From assembly GCA_963731565.1 (NCBI GenBank), contig CAVSWG010000001.1, positions 1,687,412-1,751,411 on the forward strand: a DNA stretch of 64,000 bases, read 5' to 3'. The stretch is from an uncultured Solirubrobacterales bacterium (lineage in GTDB: Bacteria > Actinomycetota > Thermoleophilia > Solirubrobacterales > Solirubrobacteraceae). Below the pieces are notes generated by a model. It searched no databases. It had not been told where the DNA came from and worked only from the letters and a program-made list of their open reading frames with translations. The first letter of the stretch is position 1, and each line of letters begins with the position of its first letter. Positions 34,852-44,221 of the stretch are shown in pieces. A program made the translations under genes and the position numbers.

Positions 34852-36316
34852 CGGCCTTGCCGTTTGACTTGACCGCCTTGCGCTTCGGCTTCGCGGCAGT
34901 GGGCTGCTGAGCGGCCTGCTTTTCCTTGGCCAGCTCGACCAGTTCGGCCAGCTCAGCTTTGATGCTCTCGCCGATCGATTCGATGTCCGGCAAAGCGTCG
35001 AAGTCGCCGAGCAGGCCGAAGTTCATCTCGCCCGCGTAGGACATGATCGCGACCGCCAAGGCGTGGTTTTCGGGTAGGAACGCCACTGGGAACACGCGCT
35101 CCATCCGGCGCCCCAGCACATACAGCGGGAACTGGGGACCGGGCACGTTGGTCACGATCAGATTGAACAGGCGCGTGGAGAAGTTCAGGCGGGAGGCTTG
35201 CGCCAGGATCGTTGGCGGTGCGAAGTTCTGCGCACCCGCGATCACCTCGGCGCCGAGCGCCTGCTTGGACTCCTTCAAGCCGTCCATCGCATGGCTCACG
35301 AAGCGCAGACGCTGCAGGGGATCAGCGATGTACACCGGCAAAGGCCCGCGCATCACGACGATGCGATTGCCGCCCTCGTGACGCTCGCCGACAGTGCGCA
35401 CCGACACCGGCACGAGCGCACGCATCTCCATGCCCTCGGTGCGCACGCCGCGTGCGACCAGGAAAGAGCGCAAGGCACCCGTCACGACCGCGAGCACCAC
35501 GTCGTTGACGGTGCCACCAAACGCGTTCTTCACGAACTTGAAGTCATCCAGCTGCGCGGCGATCCCCACAAAACGCCGATGGGGGCCGATCTCCACGTTC
35601 AATGGTGTCACCGGCGCCGGGTTCAGTCCGGCCCACACGATCTCACCGATGCCCTCGGCCGCCTCGCGGGCTCGCTCCAGCGTTTGCTCCGGGTGGGTCA
35701 AGGCATTGAGAGCTCCGCTGACCATCTCGACGCCCGCGCGCGCCGCTCCACGTACACCCACGGCCACGAGCTCGGTTGTGTCCGGTTCAGGCTTGGGTTT
35801 CCATGGGCGCCCGGAATGACGCAATGGCTCTGGGTCAGGAGTGACGTCGAACAAGACCGTTGCGAGGTCCACGCCAGCGATGCCGTCGATCAGCGAGTGG
35901 TGGGTCTTTGAGATCAAGGCGAAGCGGTCGTCCCAGAGACCCTCGATCAACCACATCTCCCACAACGGCTTGGAACGGTCGAGCGCTTGCGAGAAGATGC
36001 GGGCAGTCAGATTGCGCAGCTGTTCCCAGCTGCCTGGGGCCGGCAAGGCTGTATGGCGCACATGGAACTCAAGGTTGAAACCCGGATCGTCGACCCACAC
36101 AGGACGACCGCTGTCGAGTGCCGTATAGGCAAGCTTGTGGCGATAGCGCGGCACGAGGTGCAGGCGCTTGCGGATCTGCTCGAGGAACTCCTCCATCGGC
36201 GGCGGGGGCCCCTCAACGATCGTCAGTCCGCCCACGTGCATGTGCGAGTTCTGTCCCTCCTGATGCAGAAAGGATGCGTCCACTGCCGTAAGCCTGTCGA
36301 GGTGTCGCTGTGCCAT
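34790..36316 (-). CDS. wax ester synthase/diacylglycerol acyltransferase (WS/DGAT)
   Basis: 508 aa. Has the active-site HHSLIDGIAG (HHxxxDG). The basic Lys-rich C-terminal tail overlaps the 3' end of the converging DUF59 gene by 62 nt. Confidence 0.85.
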   Translation of the reverse strand: MAQRHLDRLTAVDASFLHQEGQNSHMHVGGLTIVEGPPPPMEEFLEQIRKRLHLVPRYRHKLAYTALDSGRPVWVDDPGFNLEFHVRHTALPAPGSWEQLRNLTARIFSQALDRSKPLWEMWLIEGLWDDRFALISKTHHSLIDGIAGVDLATVLFDVTPDPEPLRHSGRPWKPKPEPDTTELVAVGVRGAARAGVEMVSGALNALTHPEQTLERAREAAEGIGEIVWAGLNPAPVTPLNVEIGPHRRFVGIAAQLDDFKFVKNAFGGTVNDVVLAVVTGALRSFLVARGVRTEGMEMRALVPVSVRTVGERHEGGNRIVVMRGPLPVYIADPLQRLRFVSHAMDGLKESKQALGAEVIAGAQNFAPPTILAQASRLNFSTRLFNLIVTNVPGPQFPLYVLGRRMERVFPVAFLPENHALAVAIMSYAGEMNFGLLGDFDALPDIESIGESIKAELAELVELAKEKQAAQQPTAAKPKRKAVKSNGKAANSPRRTSRPRTSSRASTEA

Positions 36317-36336
36317 CAGCCAAGGGTACTTCTACA

Positions 36337-37314
36337 ATGAGCAAAGTGCCTACCGACACGCCCACGGCGCCGAATACAGTCGAGAAGCTCCTGCTGGCTG
36401 CGCCGCGTGGATATTGCGCGGGTGTCGATCGTGCCGTGCAGACGGTGGAACGAGCGCTCGACCTACATGGCCCGCCCGTGTACGTGCGCAAGCAGATCGT
36501 CCACAACAAGCACGTCGTCGAGCTGTTGGCCGACCGGGGTGCCGTGTTCGTGGAGGACGTCAACGAAGTCCCCGAGGGCGCGCTCACAGTCTTCTCTGCG
36601 CACGGCGTCTCGCCGAAGGTACGCGCGGACGCCCAGGCGCGCAATCTGGACACGATCGATGCGACCTGTCCGCTCGTCACGAAGGTCCACCGCGAGGCGG
36701 TCCACTTTGCCGAGGATGGCTACACGATCGTGCTCGTCGGCCACGACGGTCACGAGGAGGTACAGGGCACGATGGGGGAGGCCCCCGAGCACATCGTGCT
36801 CGTCGAGAACGAGCGGGATGTCGACGAGCTGGTAATCGAGAATCCGGAGCGCGTTGCCTACATCACTCAGACAACGCTCTCCGTGGACGAAACGAGCGCA
36901 ATCGTCAAGCGTCTGCACGAGCGCTTCCCCAAGATCACCGGCCCGCGTACTGACGACATCTGTTACGCCACCACCAACCGCCAGTCCGCCGTCAAGCAGA
37001 TGGCAGGCGGCTGTGACCTGATGCTCGTGATCGGCTCGCGCAACTCTTCCAACTCGGTCAGGCTCGTCGAGGTAGCCCATGACTGTGGCACCGAGGCCTA
37101 CCTGATCGATCACGCTGGCGAGATCCGCGAGGAGTGGCTGAGCGGCAAGCGCGTCGTGGGTATCAGCTCGGGCGCCTCGGCACCCGACGATCTCGTGCAG
37201 GACTTGCTCGCCTTCTTCCGCGCGCGTGGGGTCGAGGACGTCTCTGAGTTCCACGTCGTGCGCGAGGACGTGCGGTTCATGCTTCCCAAGCCGATCCGCG
37301 AGGCAGTCGCGTGA
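36337..37314 (+). CDS. ispH: 4-hydroxy-3-methylbut-2-enyl diphosphate reductase
   Basis: Has LLLAAPRGYCAGVDRAV and the conserved Cys positions of the LytB family. Start set at the ATG at 36337. An in-frame GTG at 36310 is also possible. Confidence 0.93.
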   Translation: MSKVPTDTPTAPNTVEKLLLAAPRGYCAGVDRAVQTVERALDLHGPPVYVRKQIVHNKHVVELLADRGAVFVEDVNEVPEGALTVFSAHGVSPKVRADAQARNLDTIDATCPLVTKVHREAVHFAEDGYTIVLVGHDGHEEVQGTMGEAPEHIVLVENERDVDELVIENPERVAYITQTTLSVDETSAIVKRLHERFPKITGPRTDDICYATTNRQSAVKQMAGGCDLMLVIGSRNSSNSVRLVEVAHDCGTEAYLIDHAGEIREEWLSGKRVVGISSGASAPDDLVQDLLAFFRARGVEDVSEFHVVREDVRFMLPKPIREAVA

Positions 37315-37427
37315 GAGAACCGTTCCGCGGCGGTCTGCGCCCCCCACGATGCTCGACGTGCAACCAGCGCGCCTGCGCTCGCGTGCGGCGCATCCCATCC
37401 ACGGACCGGCCCTCTCATTCTCACTAG

Positions 37428-38615
37428 TTGACACGCACACTCGTCGTCTCTGATCTCCACCTCGGGGCCGCCTCCGGTGCTGACGTCCTGCGGCGTGCAG
37501 AGCCGAGGGCAGCCCTCATCGAGGCGCTCGCCGATGTCGAGCGGCTTGTCCTGCTCGGCGATGTCTTGGAGCTGCGTCACGGTCCCAGGCGCGACGCGCT
37601 CGCGGCTGCCCGACCGTTTTTCGAAGAGCTTGGGCGTGCCTTTGCCGGGCGTGAGATCGTGGTCGTTGCCGGCAATCACGACCATGCGCTCGCCGAGTCA
37701 TGGCTACGGCGCCGCGACGAAAGCCCCCTACCCCAGCCGCTTGGGCTTGAGCAGCGCTTTTCCGCACAGGAAGCCTCCTCGATGCTCGCGGCGCTTGCTT
37801 CTTGGGCCGAGCCGGCGCACCTCAGTGCCGCCTTTCCTGGTCTGTGGTTGCGTCCGGACGTGTACGCCACGCACGGCCACTACCTGGACTGCCACCTCAC
37901 GATCCCCACCATGGAGCGGCTTGGAATCGGCTTGACCGCGCGCGCCCTGGGCCGGTCCGCGGACGAGTTCGCAACGGTGGGCGACTACGAGGCGGTCACA
38001 GCGCCGGTATTTGCTTGGGTAGACGCGGTGGCCCGCCAAGCTCCGACCGGATCCACGCTCAATGGGCAGTCCACGGTCCGCGTGTGGCGCGCGCTCGTCG
38101 GGGCCCAGCGTGGCGCCCGAGGCACTCGCAAGGGCGCGACTAGAGGCTCTGACGGTTCGGAAAACGGCCGCTCGTCTGGTACTCGTTCCGGCGCCAACCT
38201 GCGCTCACGTGCGCTGGCCGGCGCGTTCCCATTCGCAATTGCGGCTCTCAACCGGGCCGGGATCGGCTCGTTCCACGCCGACATATCGACCGACGAGTTG
38301 CGTCGGGCCGGGTTGCGGGCGATGGGGGAGGTTGCCGCGCGCCTGGGACTCGGGGATGCTCATGTGATCTTCGGCCACACCCATCGCGCGGGCCCAAGGC
38401 AAGCGGATCTCGCGGCCGAGTGGCGCGGGCCGGCAGGTGCCCGGCTGATCAATGCGGGCTGTTGGACGTATGACTCCTACTTCGTCACCGTCAATCCCGG
38501 CGAGAGCCCTTACTGGCCTGGCGGCTCGGTGTTCGTGGACGATGAAGGACCGCCCGTATCGCGGAGGCTGTTGGACGATCACTCCAACGCTGAGCTCAGG
38601 CCACTGCCGGGCTGA
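37428..38615 (+). CDS. metallophosphoesterase family protein
   Basis: Has LVVSDLHLG, GDVLE and GNHD motifs. TTG start as in the track. Confidence 0.72.
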   Translation: MTRTLVVSDLHLGAASGADVLRRAEPRAALIEALADVERLVLLGDVLELRHGPRRDALAAARPFFEELGRAFAGREIVVVAGNHDHALAESWLRRRDESPLPQPLGLEQRFSAQEASSMLAALASWAEPAHLSAAFPGLWLRPDVYATHGHYLDCHLTIPTMERLGIGLTARALGRSADEFATVGDYEAVTAPVFAWVDAVARQAPTGSTLNGQSTVRVWRALVGAQRGARGTRKGATRGSDGSENGRSSGTRSGANLRSRALAGAFPFAIAALNRAGIGSFHADISTDELRRAGLRAMGEVAARLGLGDAHVIFGHTHRAGPRQADLAAEWRGPAGARLINAGCWTYDSYFVTVNPGESPYWPGGSVFVDDEGPPVSRRLLDDHSNAELRPLPG

Positions 38616-38671
38616 GCTTATGCCACTCCGCTGAGCTCAAAATCACTCGCTTGAGCTCAAGCCACTCCCGG
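38589..38671. repeat. four degenerate tandem units of about 20 bp, each with a TGAGCT(C/T)A core
   Basis: Cores at 38591, 38613, 38632 and 38652, spaced 22, 19 and 20 nt, each followed by (g)ccactc(c)cg. The array spans the junction of two converging genes. Confidence 0.8.
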
Positions 38672-39403
38672 TGTGAAGCACGTCGCATAGCACTCCACGC
38701 CGGGACCCACATCGAGATCGAGCACAGCTTTGGTGTGACGGGGGTGATCGATGAGCTTGTAGGCGCCGGGGCGCTCGACGGCCAGGGCTGTGTCTCCATT
38801 TACCGTCACGGTGCCGGTTCCATCGAGGACCGCCCACACGCTGCCCGCTTCATAGGGGCCAGACCAAGCCCCCGGCTGCTCTTCGGTTTGGCGCAATAGG
38901 CGAACGTTAGGTGCATCCTCTGGGCGCAGCGGCTGGAGCGGCTCACGCTCGACGCCGAGCAACTCTTGGATCGCGAGCTCGGTTTCCTCATAGCCACCCT
39001 CGCCGTAGTGGTACTCGAACAGGCGGGCATGTCCGTCGAACAGGTAGCGCGCGGGCCAGCCGCGATTCTCGTACTCCTGCCACACCTCGAACTCTGTGTC
39101 GATCAGGACGGGGTGGTCAATCTCCAGGTGCTCGACCGCATCGCGCACTGCCTGCTCGTCGTGTGAAGGCTCGAAGCCTGGGCAGTGCACGCCGATCACG
39201 CGCAACCCATCGTCGGCGTAGCGCTCGTGCCATGCCTTTACGTACGGGAGCGTCCTGATCGAGTTGGGCCTGCAGAAGTCCCAGAACTCCACCAGCATCG
39301 GCTTGCCGCGCTGCAAGATGCTCGCCTGGGCGCCATTCGTGTTCACCCACGGCAGCTTCGTGGGGAACAGGGGTGCGGCGATTGTGTCTACCGGGGCGCG
39401 CAA
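38657..39403 (-). CDS. thioredoxin-like protein resembling the DipZ C-terminal region
   Basis: 248 aa. Has a redoxin-like fold pattern (MLVEFWDFCRPNSIRTLPYVKAWHERY...VIGVHCPGF) and a C-terminal beta-rich domain. Lies downstream of sufB on the same strand. Confidence 0.65.
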   Translation of the reverse strand: MRAPVDTIAAPLFPTKLPWVNTNGAQASILQRGKPMLVEFWDFCRPNSIRTLPYVKAWHERYADDGLRVIGVHCPGFEPSHDEQAVRDAVEHLEIDHPVLIDTEFEVWQEYENRGWPARYLFDGHARLFEYHYGEGGYEETELAIQELLGVEREPLQPLRPEDAPNVRLLRQTEEQPGAWSGPYEAGSVWAVLDGTGTVTVNGDTALAVERPGAYKLIDHPRHTKAVLDLDVGPGVECYATCFTPGVA

Positions 39404-39451
39404 GGCGACAATGTGGACGGTTCGCGGCCGGAGCGCTGTGTCCGAGGCAGC

Positions 39452-40852
39452 TCAGCCTATGGAGCCGACCATCTCCAACTGGATGAGCCTGTTGAGCTCG
39501 ACCGCGTACTCCATCGGCAGCTCCTTGGTGACCGGCTCGATGAAGCCGTTGACGATCATCGCGGCGGCCTCGTCCTCGGTGAAGCCGCGCGAGCCCATGT
39601 AGAAGAGCTGGTCGTCGGAAATACGCCCGACCGTCGCCTCATGGGCGACCGCCACGTTGGGGTTCTGGATCTGGATGTCCGGCCACGTGTCAGAGCGCGA
39701 TTCGCCGTCCATCATCAAGCCGTCGCACTGCACCCTGGCCTTGGAACCGGCGGAGTTGTTGCCCATCTTGACCAAGCCTCTGTAGCCCATGATCCCGCCG
39801 TCCTTGGAGATCGACTTGGCAAGGATGTTGGAGGTCGTGTTGGGAGCCAAGTGGACGACCTTGGCGCCGGTGTCCTTGTGCACGCCCTTACCGGCCACGC
39901 CTACATTCAGGTGGTCGGCGCGTGCGCCCTCGCCCATCAGGTAGGAGCCGGGGTAGAGCATCACGTACTTGGCGCCCATCGAGCCGCCCACCCACTCAAC
40001 CGTGCCCTCGGCGTCGACGATGGCGCGCTTGGTGTTGAGGTTGTAGACGTCCTTGGACCAGTTCTGCACGGTTGTGTAGCGCGCCTTGGCGCCCTCGTGC
40101 ACGAAGATCTCAACGACCGCCGAGTGCATCGAGTTGACCGAGTAGGTCTGGGCGGTGCAGCCCTCGATGTAGTTCACGTCTGAGCCCTCGTCGGCGATGA
40201 TCAAAGTGTGCTCGAAAGTGCCCTCGCCGGCGCCCTCCATCCTGAAGTAGGCCTGTAGTGGCAGGTCAACCTTGACGCCCTTGGGCACATACAGGAATGA
40301 GCCGCCCGACCACACGGCGCCGTGCAAAGCCGAGAACTTGTTGTCCTGAGGCGGCACGCACTTGTTCATGAAGTACTTCTGCACCAGGTCCGGGTACTCG
40401 GTGATGGCGGTGTCCATCGAGCAGAACAGGATCCCGAGCTTGGCGTACTCTTCCTTCAGGCCCTCATATACGGGCTCTTGGCGCCACACGCCGACGACAC
40501 CGGCGAGATGCTCGCGCTCAGCTTGGGGAATGCCGAGGTCCTCATAAGTCTGCTTCATCTCATCCGGCACGTCGTCCCAACTTTTGAAGCGCCCGGCGGT
40601 GGGAGGGGAGTAGAGCACCAGCTCGTCCAGGTTCAGACCGCTTAGGTCCGGGCCCCAGGTGGGGACGGGCTTGCGTTCGTAGATTTCAAGCGACTTGACC
40701 CTCTTCTCGGCCATCCAGTCGGGCTCGCCCTTGACCTTTGACAGCTCGCGGATCACCTCGCGCGAGATGCCTTTCCGCGCGAGCAGCTGGCCTTGCTCGT
40801 CCTCGACGATCGGGCTGGGCTTTGCGATCTTCGTGCGGTCTAGCGTGGCCAT
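39452..40852 (-). CDS. sufB: Fe-S cluster assembly protein SufB
   Basis: Highly typical SufB sequence. Start set at the ATG at 40852 (MATLDRTK...), preceded by aagggag. Confidence 0.95.
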   Translation of the reverse strand: MATLDRTKIAKPSPIVEDEQGQLLARKGISREVIRELSKVKGEPDWMAEKRVKSLEIYERKPVPTWGPDLSGLNLDELVLYSPPTAGRFKSWDDVPDEMKQTYEDLGIPQAEREHLAGVVGVWRQEPVYEGLKEEYAKLGILFCSMDTAITEYPDLVQKYFMNKCVPPQDNKFSALHGAVWSGGSFLYVPKGVKVDLPLQAYFRMEGAGEGTFEHTLIIADEGSDVNYIEGCTAQTYSVNSMHSAVVEIFVHEGAKARYTTVQNWSKDVYNLNTKRAIVDAEGTVEWVGGSMGAKYVMLYPGSYLMGEGARADHLNVGVAGKGVHKDTGAKVVHLAPNTTSNILAKSISKDGGIMGYRGLVKMGNNSAGSKARVQCDGLMMDGESRSDTWPDIQIQNPNVAVAHEATVGRISDDQLFYMGSRGFTEDEAAAMIVNGFIEPVTKELPMEYAVELNRLIQLEMVGSIG

Positions 40853-40976
40853 AGGGCTCCCTTTGTAAATCCTGTGCTCTGGACTAGGAATTGTATCGAG
40901 GTCCTCGAAGGCGTTCGGACAATCTTGGAACATGCGAGGGCGTGTCGCCCGTCCAAGCACGAACGTCGATCCTCCT

Positions 40977-41366
40977 TCATTGCGCGCTCACCGGCCAACT
41001 ATTATCGCCAGTGACGGCGCCCTTGACGACCTTCAGGCCAAGCAGGGCGCACTTGCGCCGGGTGGCTGACACGGGAATGCCAAGCAGGTCGATCGCCCAG
41101 TCGGCGTCGAGCTTGCCGACCTCCTCGAGCTCCATGCCCATCAACTCCTCCGAGGCGATCGAGGCCGACGCTTGCGAGATCGCGCAGCCGTGGCCGTGAA
41201 AGCGCAGATCCTCGATGTGGCCGTCCTTGACCCTGATGTGCACGCCCAGCTCGTCGCCGCACAACGGGTTGTGCTCGAGCCCCTCCATGTCGTGTGGGTC
41301 GAGCTCGCCGAAGTTGCGCGGGCGCTTGTAGTGATCGAGGATGTAATCGCGGTAAAGGTCGTCCAT
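40977..41366 (-). CDS. sufU: SufU/IscU-like Fe-S scaffold or sulfur transfer protein
   Basis: 129 aa. Has NPLCGD, HGCAIS and ARRKCALL Cys motifs. Confidence 0.9.
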   Translation of the reverse strand: MDDLYRDYILDHYKRPRNFGELDPHDMEGLEHNPLCGDELGVHIRVKDGHIEDLRFHGHGCAISQASASIASEELMGMELEEVGKLDADWAIDLLGIPVSATRRKCALLGLKVVKGAVTGDNSWPVSAQ

Positions 41367-41484
41367 TTGGCTGTGTCTCTCGGATGCGTGTTATGAGGGA
41401 TAGTTGCTCGTGCGTGTCGCGGAACGGTGGCTTTCGGTTGGGGCCGCAATCGCTGGGTTCACCACGTGCGTGCGTGTCTGTCTC

Positions 41485-42738
41485 CTAGAGCTGGAACACC
41501 CTTCTGCCTGCGAGCAATGTGTCGATCAGGGCATCGACGTCGCCAGGCTCGTTGTACACGCCAACGCTCGCCCTCGCGGTGGCCGCGACCCCGAGGCAGC
41601 GCATGAGCGGCTGCGCGCAGTGGTGCCCGGCCCTGATGCACACGCCGCCGCGGTTGGCAAGCTCGGCGATGTCGTGTGCGTGCATGCCTTCGATCGTGAA
41701 CGACACGAGCCCTCCGCGTCTCTCGGCCTCGGGCGGGCCTACGAACTGCAGGCCTGGCACCTCTCGCAAGCGGTCGAGCATGTAGCCGGTCAGCTCGAGC
41801 TCGTGTGTCCTTACGCGCTCCATCCCGAGGCTTGAGAGGTAGTCCACTGCGGCGCCCAGTCCGACCGCCTCGGCGATTGGCGGCGTGCCCGCCTCGAACT
41901 TGTACGGCAGCTCGTTCCACGTCGCGCCATCGAAGTCCACCGAGGCGATCATGTCGCCGCCGGTCATAAACGGTTCCATCTCTTCCAGGATCTCTGCGTC
42001 TCCGTGCAGCACGCCGATTCCCGTTGGACCGAGCGCCTTGTGGCCGGTCCAGGCGTAGAAGTCTGCGCCCAGTGCCTTCGCGTCCACGGGCATGTGCGGC
42101 ACCGCCTGTGCCCCGTCCACGAGTGAGACCGCTCCTGCGGCGCGCACGCGCGCCGTCATCTCGGCCACTGGCAGGATCGTCCCGAGCACGTTCGACACGT
42201 GCGTGAACGCCACCAGCTTCACGTCGCCCTGCGCCAGCTCCCGGTCGAGCTGGTCGAGTGAGACTTCGCCGCGCTCGTCCACCTCCAGGTAGCGCAGCTC
42301 CGCGCCCTTCTCCTTGCAGAGCTGCTGCCACGGCACGATGTTGGCGTGGTGCTCCATCTGCGTCGTGAGCACCGCGTCCCCAGGGCCCACATTGCTGCGG
42401 CCCCATGCATAGGCCACGAGGTTGATCGCCTCGGTCACGTTCTTCGTGAAGATCGTCGTTCTCGGTTCCCAGCCTACGAACCGCGCGACCTTCGCGCGCG
42501 CGCCGTCATAGGCGGTGTCGGACTCCTGCGCAAGCTCGTACACGCCACGATGTACGTTCGCATTGTGCTCTCTCATGTAGACGCTCACGGCATCGATCAC
42601 CGCCGCGGGCTTCTGCGAGCTGGCTCCCGAGTCGAGGTAGATGAGCGGCTTGCCGTCGAATTCGCGCGCCAGGATCGGGAAGTCGCCGCGCACGTCGAGC
42701 GATAGGGCTGGCCGGTGCTCGGTCGCGGACACGTTCAT
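41485..42738 (-). CDS. sufS: cysteine desulfurase SufS
   Basis: Has FPIL...LIYLDSGASSQKP, the PLP-Lys region HKALGPTGIGVL, and the active-site loop RAGHHCAQP. Start is uncertain (42738 or 42789). Confidence 0.94.
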   Translation of the reverse strand: MNVSATEHRPALSLDVRGDFPILAREFDGKPLIYLDSGASSQKPAAVIDAVSVYMREHNANVHRGVYELAQESDTAYDGARAKVARFVGWEPRTTIFTKNVTEAINLVAYAWGRSNVGPGDAVLTTQMEHHANIVPWQQLCKEKGAELRYLEVDERGEVSLDQLDRELAQGDVKLVAFTHVSNVLGTILPVAEMTARVRAAGAVSLVDGAQAVPHMPVDAKALGADFYAWTGHKALGPTGIGVLHGDAEILEEMEPFMTGGDMIASVDFDGATWNELPYKFEAGTPPIAEAVGLGAAVDYLSSLGMERVRTHELELTGYMLDRLREVPGLQFVGPPEAERRGGLVSFTIEGMHAHDIAELANRGGVCIRAGHHCAQPLMRCLGVAATARASVGVYNEPGDVDALIDTLLAGRRVFQL

Positions 42739-42754
42739 CGTTACGCCCAGCTCC

Positions 42755-44221
42755 TCATCTCGCCGTCGCGTATGCCTCGATGTCCTCACGCGCCGCTGCT
42801 AGCTTGGCGGCGATCTTCGTGCGCACGAGCTCTTCCAGCGGCTCATCCTCGAGCTGGCCCAACACCGGCTCGAAGAAGCCCTCCACGAGCAGCCTCACAG
42901 CCGAGGGGCGGTCAAGGCCCCGGCTTGCCATGTAGAAGATCGACGCCTCGTCGAGTTCGCCCACGGTGCCACCGTGTGAGGCGGACACGTCATCAGCGGA
43001 CACGAGCACCGAGGGAATCGCGTCCAGGCGCGCCTTCGGGGAAAGCATCAGCGTGTGGATCTGTAGGTAGGTGTGCGTCTTCTGTGCGCCCGGGTCGATC
43101 TGGATCAAGCCCTCAAAGCTCGCACGGCTCTGCCCGGTGGCTGCTCCACGCCAGTGCACGTCCCCGCCGCTCGGGCCGGTCTCGTGCAGGTCGACCGCGA
43201 ACGTGTCCAGATGCTCCTCTGCCTCGGTGAAGAACAGGCCCCTGAAGGCCATATCTCCGCCCGGCTCACTCACCGCCAGCTCCAGGTGGTGGCGTACGAG
43301 GTGGCCGCCGAGCAAGGCCGGCAGCCAGTGGCAGTAAGCATCGCGGCCTACTCCCACGAAGCGCGTGGAGGCATCGAACACGTTGCTTGGGTGGGCGGGA
43401 CTCCAGTCTTGGACCTGGGCCAGGCGGCAACGAGCGCCGTCTTGGAGGTACATCTCAAAGGCGCCCGCGTGGAGCGATTGGGTGCCGTTCGCCTCAGCGT
43501 CGGCGCTCGAGAAGTCATTGGCAAGGTCGTGCTCGTGTACACGGAACTCGCTGGCGCGCCCGCCGATGACAAGCGTGCGGCCGTACTGCGCCACGCCCGG
43601 GCCACCGATCGCGTACACGATCTCGAACGGATCCTCGACCACAAGCCCGTCCGGTACGTACAAGAACGCCCCGTCGCTCCAGAAGGCGGCGTTGGCGGCC
43701 TCAAGCTTGTGCCTGTCGATCGTCAGGCGCTTTGAGTACCACGCTTCGAACAGCTCTGTGTGCTCCTCTGCGGCTTGCTCCAGCGGGCACAGGATTACTC
43801 CGCGCTGCGCAAGTTCGGGATCGAGCTCTACGTACACGACTGAGCTGTCCAGTTGCACGATGCGCCCTGCGCGAGGGCGGTCGGGTATGGCTTTGGCAAC
43901 GAAGTCCGGGACACCTTGCGTGCGCGCGTGCTCGCGGGGGGCAAGCGCCTCCAGGTCGAGCTCGGAGAAGCTGGTTGTCCAGAAGCCTGAGCGCCGCCAA
44001 ACAGGCAGCTCGCTCTCCTGATAGGCGCGCTCGGCTTCCGCGCGCAGCTCGGCGAGCGTGTGTCCCGTGCCCGCTCCGGCGCCGGCCAGCGCGTGGTACA
44101 GCGACGCCTCGCGATGGCGCCCCGGCTTGACCGCTACGGGCGCTGCGGCTCCGTTGGCGGTTGCGCCAGGCGCTCCCGCGATGTTCTCAGTGTCCCCGGA
44201 AGCTTCAGGCAGCACCGGCAC
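42755..44221 (-). CDS. sufD: Fe-S cluster assembly protein SufD (long N-terminus)
   Basis: Has a SufB/D-family C-terminal beta-helix pattern and lies between sufC and sufS. It is 488 aa, longer than the SufD proteins I recall. Confidence 0.82.
   Translation of the reverse strand: MPVLPEASGDTENIAGAPGATANGAAAPVAVKPGRHREASLYHALAGAGAGTGHTLAELRAEAERAYQESELPVWRRSGFWTTSFSELDLEALAPREHARTQGVPDFVAKAIPDRPRAGRIVQLDSSVVYVELDPELAQRGVILCPLEQAAEEHTELFEAWYSKRLTIDRHKLEAANAAFWSDGAFLYVPDGLVVEDPFEIVYAIGGPGVAQYGRTLVIGGRASEFRVHEHDLANDFSSADAEANGTQSLHAGAFEMYLQDGARCRLAQVQDWSPAHPSNVFDASTRFVGVGRDAYCHWLPALLGGHLVRHHLELAVSEPGGDMAFRGLFFTEAEEHLDTFAVDLHETGPSGGDVHWRGAATGQSRASFEGLIQIDPGAQKTHTYLQIHTLMLSPKARLDAIPSVLVSADDVSASHGGTVGELDEASIFYMASRGLDRPSAVRLLVEGFFEPVLGQLEDEPLEELVRTKIAAKLAAAREDIEAYATAR

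Noticed and set aside
41459-42406. Large Arg/Gly/Ala-rich ORFs overlapping real genes in other frames or strands, for example 41459-42406, 52555-53292, 45591-46334, 33116-33916, 60062-61360, 54737-55636 and 12728-13714.
   Set aside because: Their composition is typical of out-of-frame translation of high-GC coding DNA. Each is fully covered by a gene with clear family motifs, and none has recognisable domains.
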